Notes under the pieces: generated by a model
What the model was told of the DNA's origin: nothing
Databases searched by the model: none
What the model saw: the letters and a program-made list of their open reading frames with translations, nothing else
Program-made: the position numbers and the translations under genes
Origin: an uncultured Clostridia bacterium
Lineage (GTDB): Bacteria > Bacillota > Clostridia > Christensenellales > Aristaeellaceae
Assembly (NCBI GenBank): GCA_946187775.1
Contig: CAMHSI010000001.1
Span: 20,988 to 84,987, forward strand
Direction: 5' to 3'
Length of the DNA: 64,000 bases
In this document: positions 29,449-38,905 of the stretch, piece by piece
How the letters are laid out: the number at the start of each line of letters is the position of its first letter
Position numbering within the stretch: position 1 is the stretch's first letter

Positions 29449-31416
29449 GTGGGCAGAATGCTGACGGCCCTGGCGGCGGCAGCGGTGCTCCTGCTGCAGG
29501 CGGGAGCGGGAACGGGGGAAACCCTGACTGTCGACCCGGCCCGGCCGGTTCATGGGATCAGCCAGACCCTGTACGGCCTCTTTTTTGAGGATATCAACCA
29601 CGCCGCGGACGGCGGGCTGTATGCGGAGCTGCTGCAGAACCGGTCCTTTGAATATGAGGAGCTTCTCAATCCCGCCCCGCACCAGCACCTGACAGGCTGG
29701 GCTTTCAATATGGGGACGGGAAAGGGACAAATCGGGATCAGCACGGAGGATCCGCTGAACGAAAACAACAGGACCTACATCCGCCTGGACGCGGAGGACG
29801 GCTACGCCTTCCAGAACCTGGGCTGGGGCCAGAGCGCCTTCCGGGGCGGGATTCCCGTCCGAAAAGGGGAGCTGTATGACGTCAGCGTATGGCTGAGGAG
29901 CGTTTCCCCGGGGGAAAGCGCCCAGAAGATCGCCGTGTCCCTGACGACCAGGGCCGGGGCAGGCTTAAGCAGCGAGGTTGTTTTTGAGCCCGGCGGCAGC
30001 TGGAAACGGATGGAGGCGGTGCTGGAGGCCTCGGAGACCGCGGAGGACGCCTGCCTCAGCTTCCGGGCCGTCGGGACCGGGGAGACGGATGTGGACATGG
30101 CGTCGCTGATGCCCCGGGACCGGATCGGCGCGGAATGGCCGGGCGGAGGCATGCGCCGGGACCTGGTGGAGGCGCTGGCAGAGCTGCATCCCGCATTCCT
30201 GCGGTTCCCCGGAGGATGTGTCACGGAGGGATCCTGGGTATGGGAGAACCTGTACCGCTGGAAGGACACTGTCGGACCGGTGGAAGAACGGAAGGAAAAC
30301 TGGAACACCTGGGGATATATGCAAAGCTACGGCATCGGCTTCTATGAATACTTCTGCCTGTGCGAGGAAATCGGAGCCCTGCCCCTGCCCGTGGTGGGGA
30401 GCGGAGTGCTCTGCCAGGCCAGGGAACCCGCGGAAAGCCCCATGAACGAGGAGAAGCTGGCGGAGTGGACCCGGGATGTGCTGGACCTGGTGGAATTCGC
30501 GAAAGGAGACGCCGGAACCGAATGGGGAGCCCTGCGGGCCGCCATGGGGCATGAGGAGCCTTTTGACCTGCGCTTCCTGGCCATCGGGAACGAAAACTGG
30601 GCGAATATCTATTTTGACCGGTATGAAAAAATCCGGAACGCCGTGAAGGAGGCCTGGCCGGAGATTACCTGCGTCGTGGCCAACGGCCCCGTGGCGGACG
30701 GATCCCTGTTCAGTGCCGGCCGCAGCACGATCCTGCGCCGCTTCCCGGAGGACCTGGCGGATGAGCATTACTACATGGACAGCGGCTGGTTCCTGAAAAA
30801 CACCCACCGGTACGACCTCTATCCCAGGAGCAGCGGGGTATTCCTGGGGGAATACGCAGCCCATGAGAGCGCCGCCGGAGGGCGCAGGCCCAACAACCTG
30901 TACAGCGCGCTGTGCGAAGCCGCGTACCTGACCGGCATCGAAAGGAACAGCGATGTGGTGCGGATGTGCTGTTACGCGCCGCTGCTGGCGCGCCAGGGAA
31001 TGGATCAGTGGACACCGGACCTGATCTGGTTTGACGGCACCAGGGTCCTGCGCACGCCGAACTACTATATCCAGCAGATTTTCTCCGGATCCCTGGCGGA
31101 GGAGCTTATTGAGAGCCGCTGGATAACGGAAGGAGCGGACCCCGATCCGGAGCGGGAAGGGCTGTACCAGACCGCCGGAAGGAAAAAGGACGGAACGGTA
31201 TATATCAAGATCGTCAACGTATCCGGGGAGGAACGGGAAATCCGGGTAACGGATCCGGAGGGAAATCCCCTGGCCGGAAGGATGACGGTGCTGTCCGGAG
31301 AACGGCAGGCGGTCAATACCCTTTCCGAAGAAAAGGTGAAGCCGGAGGAGACGGCATTTGAAGGTTCCGCCGCCTTTCCGGGATACGCGGCGGCAGTGAT
31401 TGAAATCCGCCCGTAG
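29449..31416 (+). CDS. Secreted GH51 alpha-L-arabinofuranosidase with CBM-like insert
   Basis: Signal peptide; YGLFFEDINHAADGGLYAELLQNRSFE, LRFPGGC, AIGNEN, FLGEYA and YAPLL. Confidence 0.92.
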   Translation: MGRMLTALAAAAVLLLQAGAGTGETLTVDPARPVHGISQTLYGLFFEDINHAADGGLYAELLQNRSFEYEELLNPAPHQHLTGWAFNMGTGKGQIGISTEDPLNENNRTYIRLDAEDGYAFQNLGWGQSAFRGGIPVRKGELYDVSVWLRSVSPGESAQKIAVSLTTRAGAGLSSEVVFEPGGSWKRMEAVLEASETAEDACLSFRAVGTGETDVDMASLMPRDRIGAEWPGGGMRRDLVEALAELHPAFLRFPGGCVTEGSWVWENLYRWKDTVGPVEERKENWNTWGYMQSYGIGFYEYFCLCEEIGALPLPVVGSGVLCQAREPAESPMNEEKLAEWTRDVLDLVEFAKGDAGTEWGALRAAMGHEEPFDLRFLAIGNENWANIYFDRYEKIRNAVKEAWPEITCVVANGPVADGSLFSAGRSTILRRFPEDLADEHYYMDSGWFLKNTHRYDLYPRSSGVFLGEYAAHESAAGGRRPNNLYSALCEAAYLTGIERNSDVVRMCCYAPLLARQGMDQWTPDLIWFDGTRVLRTPNYYIQQIFSGSLAEELIESRWITEGADPDPEREGLYQTAGRKKDGTVYIKIVNVSGEEREIRVTDPEGNPLAGRMTVLSGERQAVNTLSEEKVKPEETAFEGSAAFPGYAAAVIEIRP

Positions 31417-31440
31417 GCCCCGGGAAAACCGGGGAAAAAA

Positions 31441-31471
31441 GGAAATGCCCCCGCAGCGCGGGGGCGTTTCC
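31441..31471. terminator. Bidirectional terminator between GH51 and rubredoxin
   Basis: ggaaatgcccccgc-a-gcg-cgggggcgtttcc inverted repeat between convergent genes. Confidence 0.7.
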
Positions 31472-31482
31472 TGTTCCTGTGA

Positions 31483-31635
31483 TCAGGCCGGGGTGAAGGC
31501 ATCCTTTCCCAGGCCGCAAACCGGGCAGACCCAGTCTTCGGGAATGTCCTCAAAGGCGGTTCCGGGAGCGATGCCGCTGTCCGGATCACCGACTGCAGGG
31601 TCATAGACGTAACCGCAGGGGCACTCGTACTTCAT
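31483..31635 (-). CDS. Rubredoxin (50 aa)
   Basis: [47 protein letters not shown]; RBS AAGGAGG; the ORF-track N-terminal extension is spurious. Confidence 0.95.
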   Translation of the reverse strand: MKYECPCGYVYDPAVGDPDSGIAPGTAFEDIPEDWVCPVCGLGKDAFTPA

Positions 31636-31740
31636 GGATGTTTCCTCCTTGTCATGTTCTCCAGCCATCCGGCTGTTTCCTGGTTCCATCATATCCGACG
31701 GAACACCGGGCGTCAAGGAAAAAAGACGCCGACAGATAAG

Positions 31741-31794
31741 CAAGATTTGCATATTTTCAAGCACAATCAGCATGGAAGCAAATGGATTTTGCAT
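31741..31794 (+). promoter_or_regulatory. Three 12-bp direct repeats at 21-bp period (candidate AraC-family sites)
   Basis: CAAGATTTGCAT-N9-CACAATCAGCAT-N9-TGGATTTTGCAT. Confidence 0.6.
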
Positions 31795-31885
31795 ATACAA
31801 TGAACTTGCAGAATATGGTAACGATATATGGTTTTTTTCACATCAATTTTTTGCGCTGCTGCTTTTCAAGAAAGGAAGATGCTGG

Positions 31886-32860
31886 TTGAGTCAGGTACAA
31901 CAGCCCTCTCTGAGCCGGGAAATCCACCGGCCCCGCACGAACTGGAACACCTATCTGAAACGGTACTGGACACTGTATCTCCTGCTGGCGCTCCCGATTG
32001 CGTTCTTTGTTATTTTCCGCTATATCCCCATGGCCTACATCCTGATGGCCTTCAAGAAGAACAACATCATCCAGCCGCCGTGGTTTGTGGCCTGGGCCAA
32101 GAACAACGGTTTCGAATGGTTTATCAAGGCCTTCAAGGACCAGCTTTTCCTCCGGTCGCTGGAAAACACCATCAAGCTGAACCTGCTGGATCTGATCTGC
32201 GGCTTCCCGGCGCCGATCCTGATGGCGCTGGTGCTCAACGAGCTGGCCTTCAAGAAGTTCAAGCGCTTTACCCAGACGGTTCTTTACCTGCCCCACTTCC
32301 TGAGCTGGATCATCATTTCCTCCCTGGCGCTGCGGCTGCTGGCGGACAATGACGGCCTGGTCAACATCCTGTACAAGAACGCGACAGGCAACAAGGATGC
32401 TGTCATTCCCTTCCTGAGCAGCCCCAACTGGTGGGTCGGATCCTACATCGGCCTGGGCATCTGGAAAGAAGCGGGCTGGGGAACCATCATTTACCTGGCG
32501 GCCCTGACCGGCATCAGCCCCGAGCTGTATGAGGCTGCCGCCGTGGACGGCGCCGGGCGGTTCCGCCGGATCTGGCATGTTACGCTTCCCGGCCTGCGGC
32601 CTACCATTATCGTGCTGCTGATCATGCGGCTGGGCTATATCCTGGGCAGCGAATTTGACCGGCCCCTGGCCCTGAGCAACAAGCTGGTTACGGATGCATC
32701 CACGGTGATTTCCATTTATGTTTACCAGAAGGGCATCAACGGCGGCGGACAGTTCAGCCTGACGACAGCTGTGGGACTGTTCCAGTCCGTGGTGGGCGTG
32801 CTGTTCCTCTTCGGTGCCAACTTCCTGGCCAAGCGCTTCGGCGAGCGCGGCATCATGTAA
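31886..32860 (+). CDS. ABC permease (LplB/YteP-type)
   Basis: YLPHFLSW, WKEAGWGTIIYLAAL, ELYEAAAVDGA and TAVGLFQS; probable TTG start at 31886. Confidence 0.9.
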   Translation: MSQVQQPSLSREIHRPRTNWNTYLKRYWTLYLLLALPIAFFVIFRYIPMAYILMAFKKNNIIQPPWFVAWAKNNGFEWFIKAFKDQLFLRSLENTIKLNLLDLICGFPAPILMALVLNELAFKKFKRFTQTVLYLPHFLSWIIISSLALRLLADNDGLVNILYKNATGNKDAVIPFLSSPNWWVGSYIGLGIWKEAGWGTIIYLAALTGISPELYEAAAVDGAGRFRRIWHVTLPGLRPTIIVLLIMRLGYILGSEFDRPLALSNKLVTDASTVISIYVYQKGINGGGQFSLTTAVGLFQSVVGVLFLFGANFLAKRFGERGIM

Positions 32861-32876
32861 GGGAGGGAGGACGCGT

Positions 32877-33749
32877 ATGATTAAATCGAAATCCACAAAA
32901 TTCGGCGACTTTGTGATCGTTGCCGTGTGTATCGTCCTGATCTTTATCTGCCTGCTGCCGATGCTGAACGTGCTGGCCCGGTCCCTCTCGGATACGCGGT
33001 ACCTGATCCGGAACGAGGTGACGCTCTGGCCCAAGGGCCTGAATTTCGAAGCCTACAAGACGGTCCTGAAGAATGAGCGGTTTGTGCATTCCCTGTGGTA
33101 CACTGCCCTGCTGACCATCGGATGTACGCTGCTGAGCCTTTTCATGACGGTGATCTGCGCCTATCCGCTGACCTATGACAAGCTGAAGGGCCGGAAGTTC
33201 CTGAACGGGTTCATCGTATTCACCATGTACTTCAGCGCCGGTATGATCCCGCACTACGTGATGCTCAGCAACATGGGCATGCTGGAGACCGTCTGGGTGC
33301 TGGTGATCCCGAGCTGCCTGAGCGTGTACAACATGATTATCATGCGCTCCAGCTTCTACAGTGTTCCGGAATCCCTGCGGGAGGCAGCGGAAATTGACGG
33401 CGCCGGGCCCATCCGGATCCTGGTCCAGATTTACCTGCCCCTGAGCAAACCGGTATTGGCAACCCTGGCGCTGTTCTACGCGGTAGGCCGCTGGAACGGA
33501 TTCTCCGATGCGCTGCTGTACATCAAGAAGACCCGGGATCTTTATCCCATCCAGCTGTACCTGTACAACATCCTGCAGAACGCCAGCAGCGGCGAAGCGG
33601 CTGCCCAGGAAGGATTTGCCATGCCAGGCCTGAGTGAAACGCTGAAGATGGCATCCGTTATGTTTGCCACCGTTCCGATTCTGCTGGTTTATCCCTGGCT
33701 GCAGCGCTACTTCGTCAGCGGCGTTACGATTGGGGCAGTCAAGGGATGA
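32877..33749 (+). CDS. ABC permease (LplC/YtcP-type)
   Basis: FTMYFSAGMIP, LREAAEIDGA, LFYAVGRWN and YPWLQRYFVSG...GAVKG. Confidence 0.92.
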   Translation: MIKSKSTKFGDFVIVAVCIVLIFICLLPMLNVLARSLSDTRYLIRNEVTLWPKGLNFEAYKTVLKNERFVHSLWYTALLTIGCTLLSLFMTVICAYPLTYDKLKGRKFLNGFIVFTMYFSAGMIPHYVMLSNMGMLETVWVLVIPSCLSVYNMIIMRSSFYSVPESLREAAEIDGAGPIRILVQIYLPLSKPVLATLALFYAVGRWNGFSDALLYIKKTRDLYPIQLYLYNILQNASSGEAAAQEGFAMPGLSETLKMASVMFATVPILLVYPWLQRYFVSGVTIGAVKG

Positions 33750-33823
33750 TTGAGGCTGCGAACACATACGTTGGAAATTTTAAGGGTGGAAAACCCTTGA
33801 AATAATTAAAAGGAGGAATAACC

Positions 33824-35434
33824 ATGAAGAGAATCCTGGCTCTGGTACTGGCGCTGGCACTGATTGCCACGCTGGGCATCACCTCCGCCTTCGCGGCGGA
33901 CGAGGGTTTTGTGGACGGCAAGTTCACCGAGACCCGTCACATCACCGTGCGTCTTTTCCAGCGCGGTGACAACGTTCCCGAGACGTCCCCCTTCGCAGAC
34001 TACATCCGCAAGGGCATGCTGGAAAAGTACAACGTGGAAGTTGAATTTTCCGTGTGCGGCCGCTGGGATGACGAGACGGACCTGGGCAACCTGCTGGCCG
34101 CCCAGAACGCTCCCGATGTCATCTACACCTACGCCTATCCCACGATCCTGAACTACGCCGACATGGGCGGCATCATCGACCTGGCTCCCTACATCGAGGA
34201 GTACAAGGACCTGCTGCCGAATATGTTCAACCTGCTGGGCGAAGAAAACGTCTACTGGGACAAGGATCCCGAGACCGGCAAGCTGTGGGCGCTGGAAACC
34301 CGCCTGGTCAACAATGCCCGCATCAACACCTTCATCCGCAAGGACTGGCTGGACAAGCTGAATATGCCCCTGCCCACCAACAAAGCCGAGTTTGAAGCCT
34401 GCCTGATCGCCTTCCGCGACAACGCCGAGACCCTGCTGGGCGCGGATGCTGCCAAGATGGTTCCCTACAGCACCAGCCAGGATATCGGCTGGCGGAACAA
34501 CAACCTGACGGTGTCCTTTGTGCCGGACGCCATCACGGACGAAGAGCTCTACATCCGCGGCTTCGATGACAGGCAGCAGTTCCTGCCCGGCGCCAAGGAA
34601 GCCATGCGCCTGCTGAACAAGTGGTACAACGAAGGCCTGGTCTGGAAAGACTTCGCCCTGTACGGCAGCGGCGACACCACCGAGGATGACAACCTGAAGG
34701 CCGGTTTCGTGGGTGCCTTCCAGCACAACTATGACTATCCCTACCGCAACGGCGACGACTCCATCGAAGCGAACCTGAAGCGCAACGTAGGCCCCGAGGC
34801 CGAGTTCGTGGCTGTGGACTGCTTCGAGAATGACGCCGGACTGTACCGCAAGTACCTGGGCAGCACCGTGGACCGGAAGGTTTGCTTCCCCACCACGAAT
34901 GACGAAGTGCTGGCCAGCCTGCTGTACCTGGACTTCATCTCCTCCCCGGAGACCATCCTGGCCCTGCAGACCGGTACCGAAGGCATCAACCATGAGCGCA
35001 TGGAAGACGGCGCTTACAAGATGCTGGTTGTGGATCCCACAGATCCGAACTACCAGGCCAGCCTGAACAACATCGACTTCACCATGACCTGCAACGGACA
35101 GTACCTGGGCGAATACACCGAAGCGAGCTTCGCCTACGGCTACGCTCCCGTGGATCCGGAAGTGGTTCTCAACGCCCTGAAGGTTGCCAAGAATGACGGC
35201 CGCGTTCCCAAACACTTCAGCCTTCCGGCCATCGAAGCGGAAGTCGGCATCGGCAGCACGCTGTCCGAAGAGCGCGACAAATTCCTGAACCAGGCTGTGA
35301 CCGCTCCCGTTGAAGAGTTTGACGCGGTTTATGACGCCGGTGTTGCAAACTACATGGCGATCGGCGGCGAAGCGATCATGAATGAGCGCGCCGAGAAGAT
35401 CGAAGCGGCGACCGGATACAAGTTCGAGAAGTAA
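33824..35434 (+). CDS. ABC solute-binding protein (LplA-type, oligosaccharide)
   Basis: Signal peptide; APDVI and FIRKDWLDKLNMPLPT; RBS AGGAGG; strongly biased codon usage. Confidence 0.9.
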   Translation: MKRILALVLALALIATLGITSAFAADEGFVDGKFTETRHITVRLFQRGDNVPETSPFADYIRKGMLEKYNVEVEFSVCGRWDDETDLGNLLAAQNAPDVIYTYAYPTILNYADMGGIIDLAPYIEEYKDLLPNMFNLLGEENVYWDKDPETGKLWALETRLVNNARINTFIRKDWLDKLNMPLPTNKAEFEACLIAFRDNAETLLGADAAKMVPYSTSQDIGWRNNNLTVSFVPDAITDEELYIRGFDDRQQFLPGAKEAMRLLNKWYNEGLVWKDFALYGSGDTTEDDNLKAGFVGAFQHNYDYPYRNGDDSIEANLKRNVGPEAEFVAVDCFENDAGLYRKYLGSTVDRKVCFPTTNDEVLASLLYLDFISSPETILALQTGTEGINHERMEDGAYKMLVVDPTDPNYQASLNNIDFTMTCNGQYLGEYTEASFAYGYAPVDPEVVLNALKVAKNDGRVPKHFSLPAIEAEVGIGSTLSEERDKFLNQAVTAPVEEFDAVYDAGVANYMAIGGEAIMNERAEKIEAATGYKFEK

Positions 35435-35465
35435 GATCCGGAAGCATCTTCAGACCACACAAACA

Positions 35466-35498
35466 ACGGGCACCGGAAAATTCCGGTGCCCGCTTTTT
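35466..35498. terminator. Terminator between the SBP gene and araC
   Basis: cgggcaccgga-aaat-tccggtgcccg plus T run. Confidence 0.8.
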
Positions 35499-35513
35499 CG
35501 GCCTTGCCTGGAT

Positions 35514-36431
35514 TTACAGCTTCATCTGCGGCTCCATTTCCAGGTTCCTATACTGCTTCAGCTGCTTCCGGTACCGGCTGGGGGACATGCCCACAACCTT
35601 TCCGAAGGAGCGGAGGAAGTTGGAATAATCATTGAAGCCGCACTGGTAAGCGATGTCGTTGAGGGAAGCGCTGCCCATCATCTGCTGCCGGGCCAGCATA
35701 ACCCGGCGGTAGAGCACATAGTCATAGACGCTGCGGTGGGTGAAGCGGGTAAACTCGTGGGACAGCCAGGACACGCTGACGCCGAAGGAACGGGCCAGGT
35801 TTTCGATCCGGATCGGCTGGGTATAATGGTTGTTGATATAGTCCAGGATCTCCTGGATCATGCCGCTTCCGAAGGCTTCCCCTTCCAGGGGATCATGCCG
35901 GCGCATGGTCCTGCAGAGCATGCTCAGCAGGTGAACCATCAGGGCATAGTTCCGAAAACGGATAAAGGCATCGCTCTCCCAGGAAGGATTTTGCTGGTTG
36001 GACTGGATTTCCCGGAGAATGAATACATATTTTTCCGCGTCGCTGTCATTGAGCTGGTAGGTGCAGACTCCTCCGGAAGCCTGGGAGCGGAAAAACTGAT
36101 CCAGGTCGATCTGGCCGCAGCCCAGCACCCGGAGGATTTCAGGAGAAAGGTTCAGGTAACCCCTTTCATAGTTGTGCATGGTCTGGGTGCAGGAAAGGCC
36201 GTGCATGGAAAAAGGGGGCAGGATGAAAACCTGGTTGGGCAGCAGCGGATACAGCCGATTTTCCACGCCCATGGATTCCCCGCCGCGGAGATGAATATAA
36301 AACTCGTAGTAATCATGGCAGTGAAACTGGGTGGATTCCAGGGATTCGCTGAGCTCAAGATGCGCTTCATAGCCCTGGTTTCCCTGCTGCCCCATGGGAA
36401 GAAACGGAGCCTGGGTGACATCCTTCTGCAT
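35514..36431 (-). CDS. AraC family transcriptional regulator (cupin sensor)
   Basis: FHCHDYYEFY; C-terminal ILDYINNHY...CGFNDYSNFLRSF..VVGMSPSRYRK; start moved to ATG 36431 after AGGAGG. Confidence 0.92.
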   Translation of the reverse strand: MQKDVTQAPFLPMGQQGNQGYEAHLELSESLESTQFHCHDYYEFYIHLRGGESMGVENRLYPLLPNQVFILPPFSMHGLSCTQTMHNYERGYLNLSPEILRVLGCGQIDLDQFFRSQASGGVCTYQLNDSDAEKYVFILREIQSNQQNPSWESDAFIRFRNYALMVHLLSMLCRTMRRHDPLEGEAFGSGMIQEILDYINNHYTQPIRIENLARSFGVSVSWLSHEFTRFTHRSVYDYVLYRRVMLARQQMMGSASLNDIAYQCGFNDYSNFLRSFGKVVGMSPSRYRKQLKQYRNLEMEPQMKL

Positions 36432-36458
36432 CGGTGGGCCTCCTTCTCCGGGATTGTG

Positions 36459-36519
36459 CAGAATTTGCATACAATGAAACATGATTTATATGGTTTTCCG
36501 CCCGGAAGACGGATACACT
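36459..36519 (+). promoter_or_regulatory. Two 21-bp-period repeats abutting the -35 region, with -10 TACACT (candidate AraC-activated promoter)
   Basis: CAGAATTTGCAT-N9-CATGATTTATAT, the same motif as at 31741; TACACT at 36514-36519. Confidence 0.6.
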
Positions 36520-36589
36520 TGAATTACAGGAAAAAAAGGCAAGAATATCGCGAAAAGAGAGAAGAAACTGCAGGGAAGGACGATGAACA

Positions 36590-37759
36590 ATGATACGTGT
36601 TGCAGTCGTCGGAACGGGCAACATCGCCAACGCCCATATCAAAGCTTATCTTCAGTTCCCGGACCGGTGCCGGATCGTCGCGCTTGTGGATATTATCCCC
36701 GGAAAGGCGCAGAAAGTCAAGGAGCAGTACGGCCTGGACGCAGAGGTGTTCCTGGATCACCGGGAGATCCTGGGGAAGGAAATCGACCTGGTGGACGTGT
36801 GCACGCCCCCTTATGTCCACGCGGAAATCAGCATCAACGCCCTGCGGAGCGGCAAGAACGTAGTATGCGAAAAACCCATGGCAGCCTCCCTGGAGGAATG
36901 CGACGCCATGCTGAAGGCCCGGGACGAGAGCGGAAAGAAGCTGTCCATCATCGCCCAGAACCGTTTCCGGGAACCGATCCGGAACCTGAAAGCCCTGCTG
37001 GACAGCGGGATGGCCGGGGCGGTGCGCCATGCTGAGATCAATTCCTTCTGGTTCCGGGGCCACAGCTATTACGACCTGTGGTGGCGGGGCACCTGGGAAA
37101 AGGAGGGGGGCGGATGCACCCTGAACCACGCGGTGCATCATATCGACATGCTGGGATGGATGATGGGCACGCCGGACCGGGTGACCAGCATCCTGGCAAA
37201 CACGGGGCACGATAACGCGGAGGTGGAGGACCTGTCCGTTTCCATCATGGAATATCCGGGCGCCCTGGCGACGGTAACGGCTTCGGTGGTTCACCACGGG
37301 GAGGAGCAGGAGCTGGTTTTCCAGTGCGAGAAGGCGAAGATTGCCGCACCCTACAGCGTTTTTGCCTCCCTGCCGCAGCCCAACGGGTTCCCGCTGAAGG
37401 AAGCGGATCCGGCGTTCCGGGAAAAAGCGGACGCGTTTATCGCCGGATTGCCGCCCATTCCCTGGGAGCTGCATACCGGCCAGCTGGAAAATGTGCTGAC
37501 GGCCCTGGAAACCGGCGGGGACGTGGCGATTACGGGAGAGGACGGCAGGCGGACCATCGAGCTGATCACCGCGATCTACAAGTCGGGGGCGGAGCGGAAA
37601 ACGGCGGCGCTGCCGCTGGACAGGGAGGATCCCTTCTACACGGTGGAGGGAATCCAGGCCAATGTTCCCCATTTTTATGAGAAGACGGTTTCCGTGATGG
37701 ACCAGGCGGGAGAAATATCATTCGGAGCGGATTTCAGGCAGGGAGGAGAAAAAAAGTGA
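36590..37759 (+). CDS. Gfo/Idh/MocA family oxidoreductase
   Basis: VAVVGTGNIA, CEKPMA and GGGCTLNHAVHHID. Confidence 0.92.
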   Translation: MIRVAVVGTGNIANAHIKAYLQFPDRCRIVALVDIIPGKAQKVKEQYGLDAEVFLDHREILGKEIDLVDVCTPPYVHAEISINALRSGKNVVCEKPMAASLEECDAMLKARDESGKKLSIIAQNRFREPIRNLKALLDSGMAGAVRHAEINSFWFRGHSYYDLWWRGTWEKEGGGCTLNHAVHHIDMLGWMMGTPDRVTSILANTGHDNAEVEDLSVSIMEYPGALATVTASVVHHGEEQELVFQCEKAKIAAPYSVFASLPQPNGFPLKEADPAFREKADAFIAGLPPIPWELHTGQLENVLTALETGGDVAITGEDGRRTIELITAIYKSGAERKTAALPLDREDPFYTVEGIQANVPHFYEKTVSVMDQAGEISFGADFRQGGEKK

Positions 37760-38832
37760 ACGTATCGGACGGCATGAACTACGCACCCAAGGGAAAACCG
37801 CAGCCGGTGGTAAAGGGCCGGGAATTCGTGTTTTCCGCCGTGCGCCTGGATCACGGGCATATCTACGGCATGTGCAACGGGCTGACGGAAGCCGGCGGGA
37901 CGCTGAAATATGTCTACGATCCGGACAAGAAAAAGGTGGCGGCTTTCCTCAAGGCCTTCCCCCAGGCCCGGGCGGCCAACAGCGAGGAGGAAGCCCTGGA
38001 GGATCCGGAAACCCACATGATCGCCGGGGCGGCGGTGACCAGCGAGCGCTGCGCCCTGGGACTCCGGGCCATGGCCGCCGGGAAGGACTACTTCACGGAC
38101 AAGGCGCCCTTCACGACCATGGAGCAGCTGGCCTCCGCCCGGGAGGCCGTGAAGCGCACCGGAAAGAAATATATGGTTTATTACGCCGAGCGGCTGCATG
38201 ACGAGGGCTCCATCCTGGCGGGCTATATCGCCCGGTCCGGGGAAATCGGGAAGGTCATCGGCGTGACGGGATTCGGCCCCCACCGGCTGGGAGCGCCGGG
38301 ACGGCCAGCCTGGTTCTTCGAGCGGGAGAAATACGGGGGAATCCTCTGCGATATCGGCAGCCACCAGTTTGAGCAGTTCCTGTATTATACGGGGGAAGAG
38401 GACGCCGTTGTGACCTCCAGCAGGATCGCGAACTTCGCGCATCCGGAATACCCGGAGCTGGAGGATTTCGGGGACGCGCAGCTGACCGGGAAAAACGGAT
38501 CCGCCGGGTACTTCAAGCTGGACTGGTTTACGCCGGACGGGCTGCGGACCTGGGGGGACGGGCGGATGTTCATCCAGGGAACCGAGGGCTTCATCGAGAT
38601 CCGGAAATACGTGAACCTGGCCTCCGAAAAGGATGGCGGGGGACATGTGTTCGTGGTGAACGGGCAGGGGGAGAAATACCTGAACGCCGTGGGGGCGACG
38701 GGGTATCCCTTCTTCGGGCAGCTGATCCTGGACTGCCTGAACCGGACGGAAAACGCCATGACCCAGGAGCACGCCTTCAAGGCGGCGGAGCTGAGCCTGC
38801 TGGCGCAGGAGAAGGCAATCCGGATCAGGTAA
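37756..38832 (+). CDS. Gfo/Idh/MocA family oxidoreductase (YteT-like)
   Basis: LDHGHIYGM, YFTDKAP, GGILCDIGSHQ and DWFTPDGLRTWGDGR. Confidence 0.9.
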   Translation: MNVSDGMNYAPKGKPQPVVKGREFVFSAVRLDHGHIYGMCNGLTEAGGTLKYVYDPDKKKVAAFLKAFPQARAANSEEEALEDPETHMIAGAAVTSERCALGLRAMAAGKDYFTDKAPFTTMEQLASAREAVKRTGKKYMVYYAERLHDEGSILAGYIARSGEIGKVIGVTGFGPHRLGAPGRPAWFFEREKYGGILCDIGSHQFEQFLYYTGEEDAVVTSSRIANFAHPEYPELEDFGDAQLTGKNGSAGYFKLDWFTPDGLRTWGDGRMFIQGTEGFIEIRKYVNLASEKDGGGHVFVVNGQGEKYLNAVGATGYPFFGQLILDCLNRTENAMTQEHAFKAAELSLLAQEKAIRIR

Positions 38833-38854
38833 TACGGCCGGAAAAGGACGCATG

Positions 38855-38890
38855 GAAAACGGGCATCGGAAGCATCCGGTGCCCGTTTTC
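38855..38890. terminator. Bidirectional terminator between the oxidoreductase and GH10
   Basis: gaaaacgggcatcgga-agca-tccggtgcccgttttc. Confidence 0.8.
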
Positions 38891-38905
38891 CATGCCCGCG
38901 GGGAT

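Noticed and set aside
31634-31885. N-terminal extensions of the permease (from 31634) and rubredoxin (to 31800)
   Set aside because: The region is an AT-rich divergent promoter; RBS-supported starts are 31886 and 31635.
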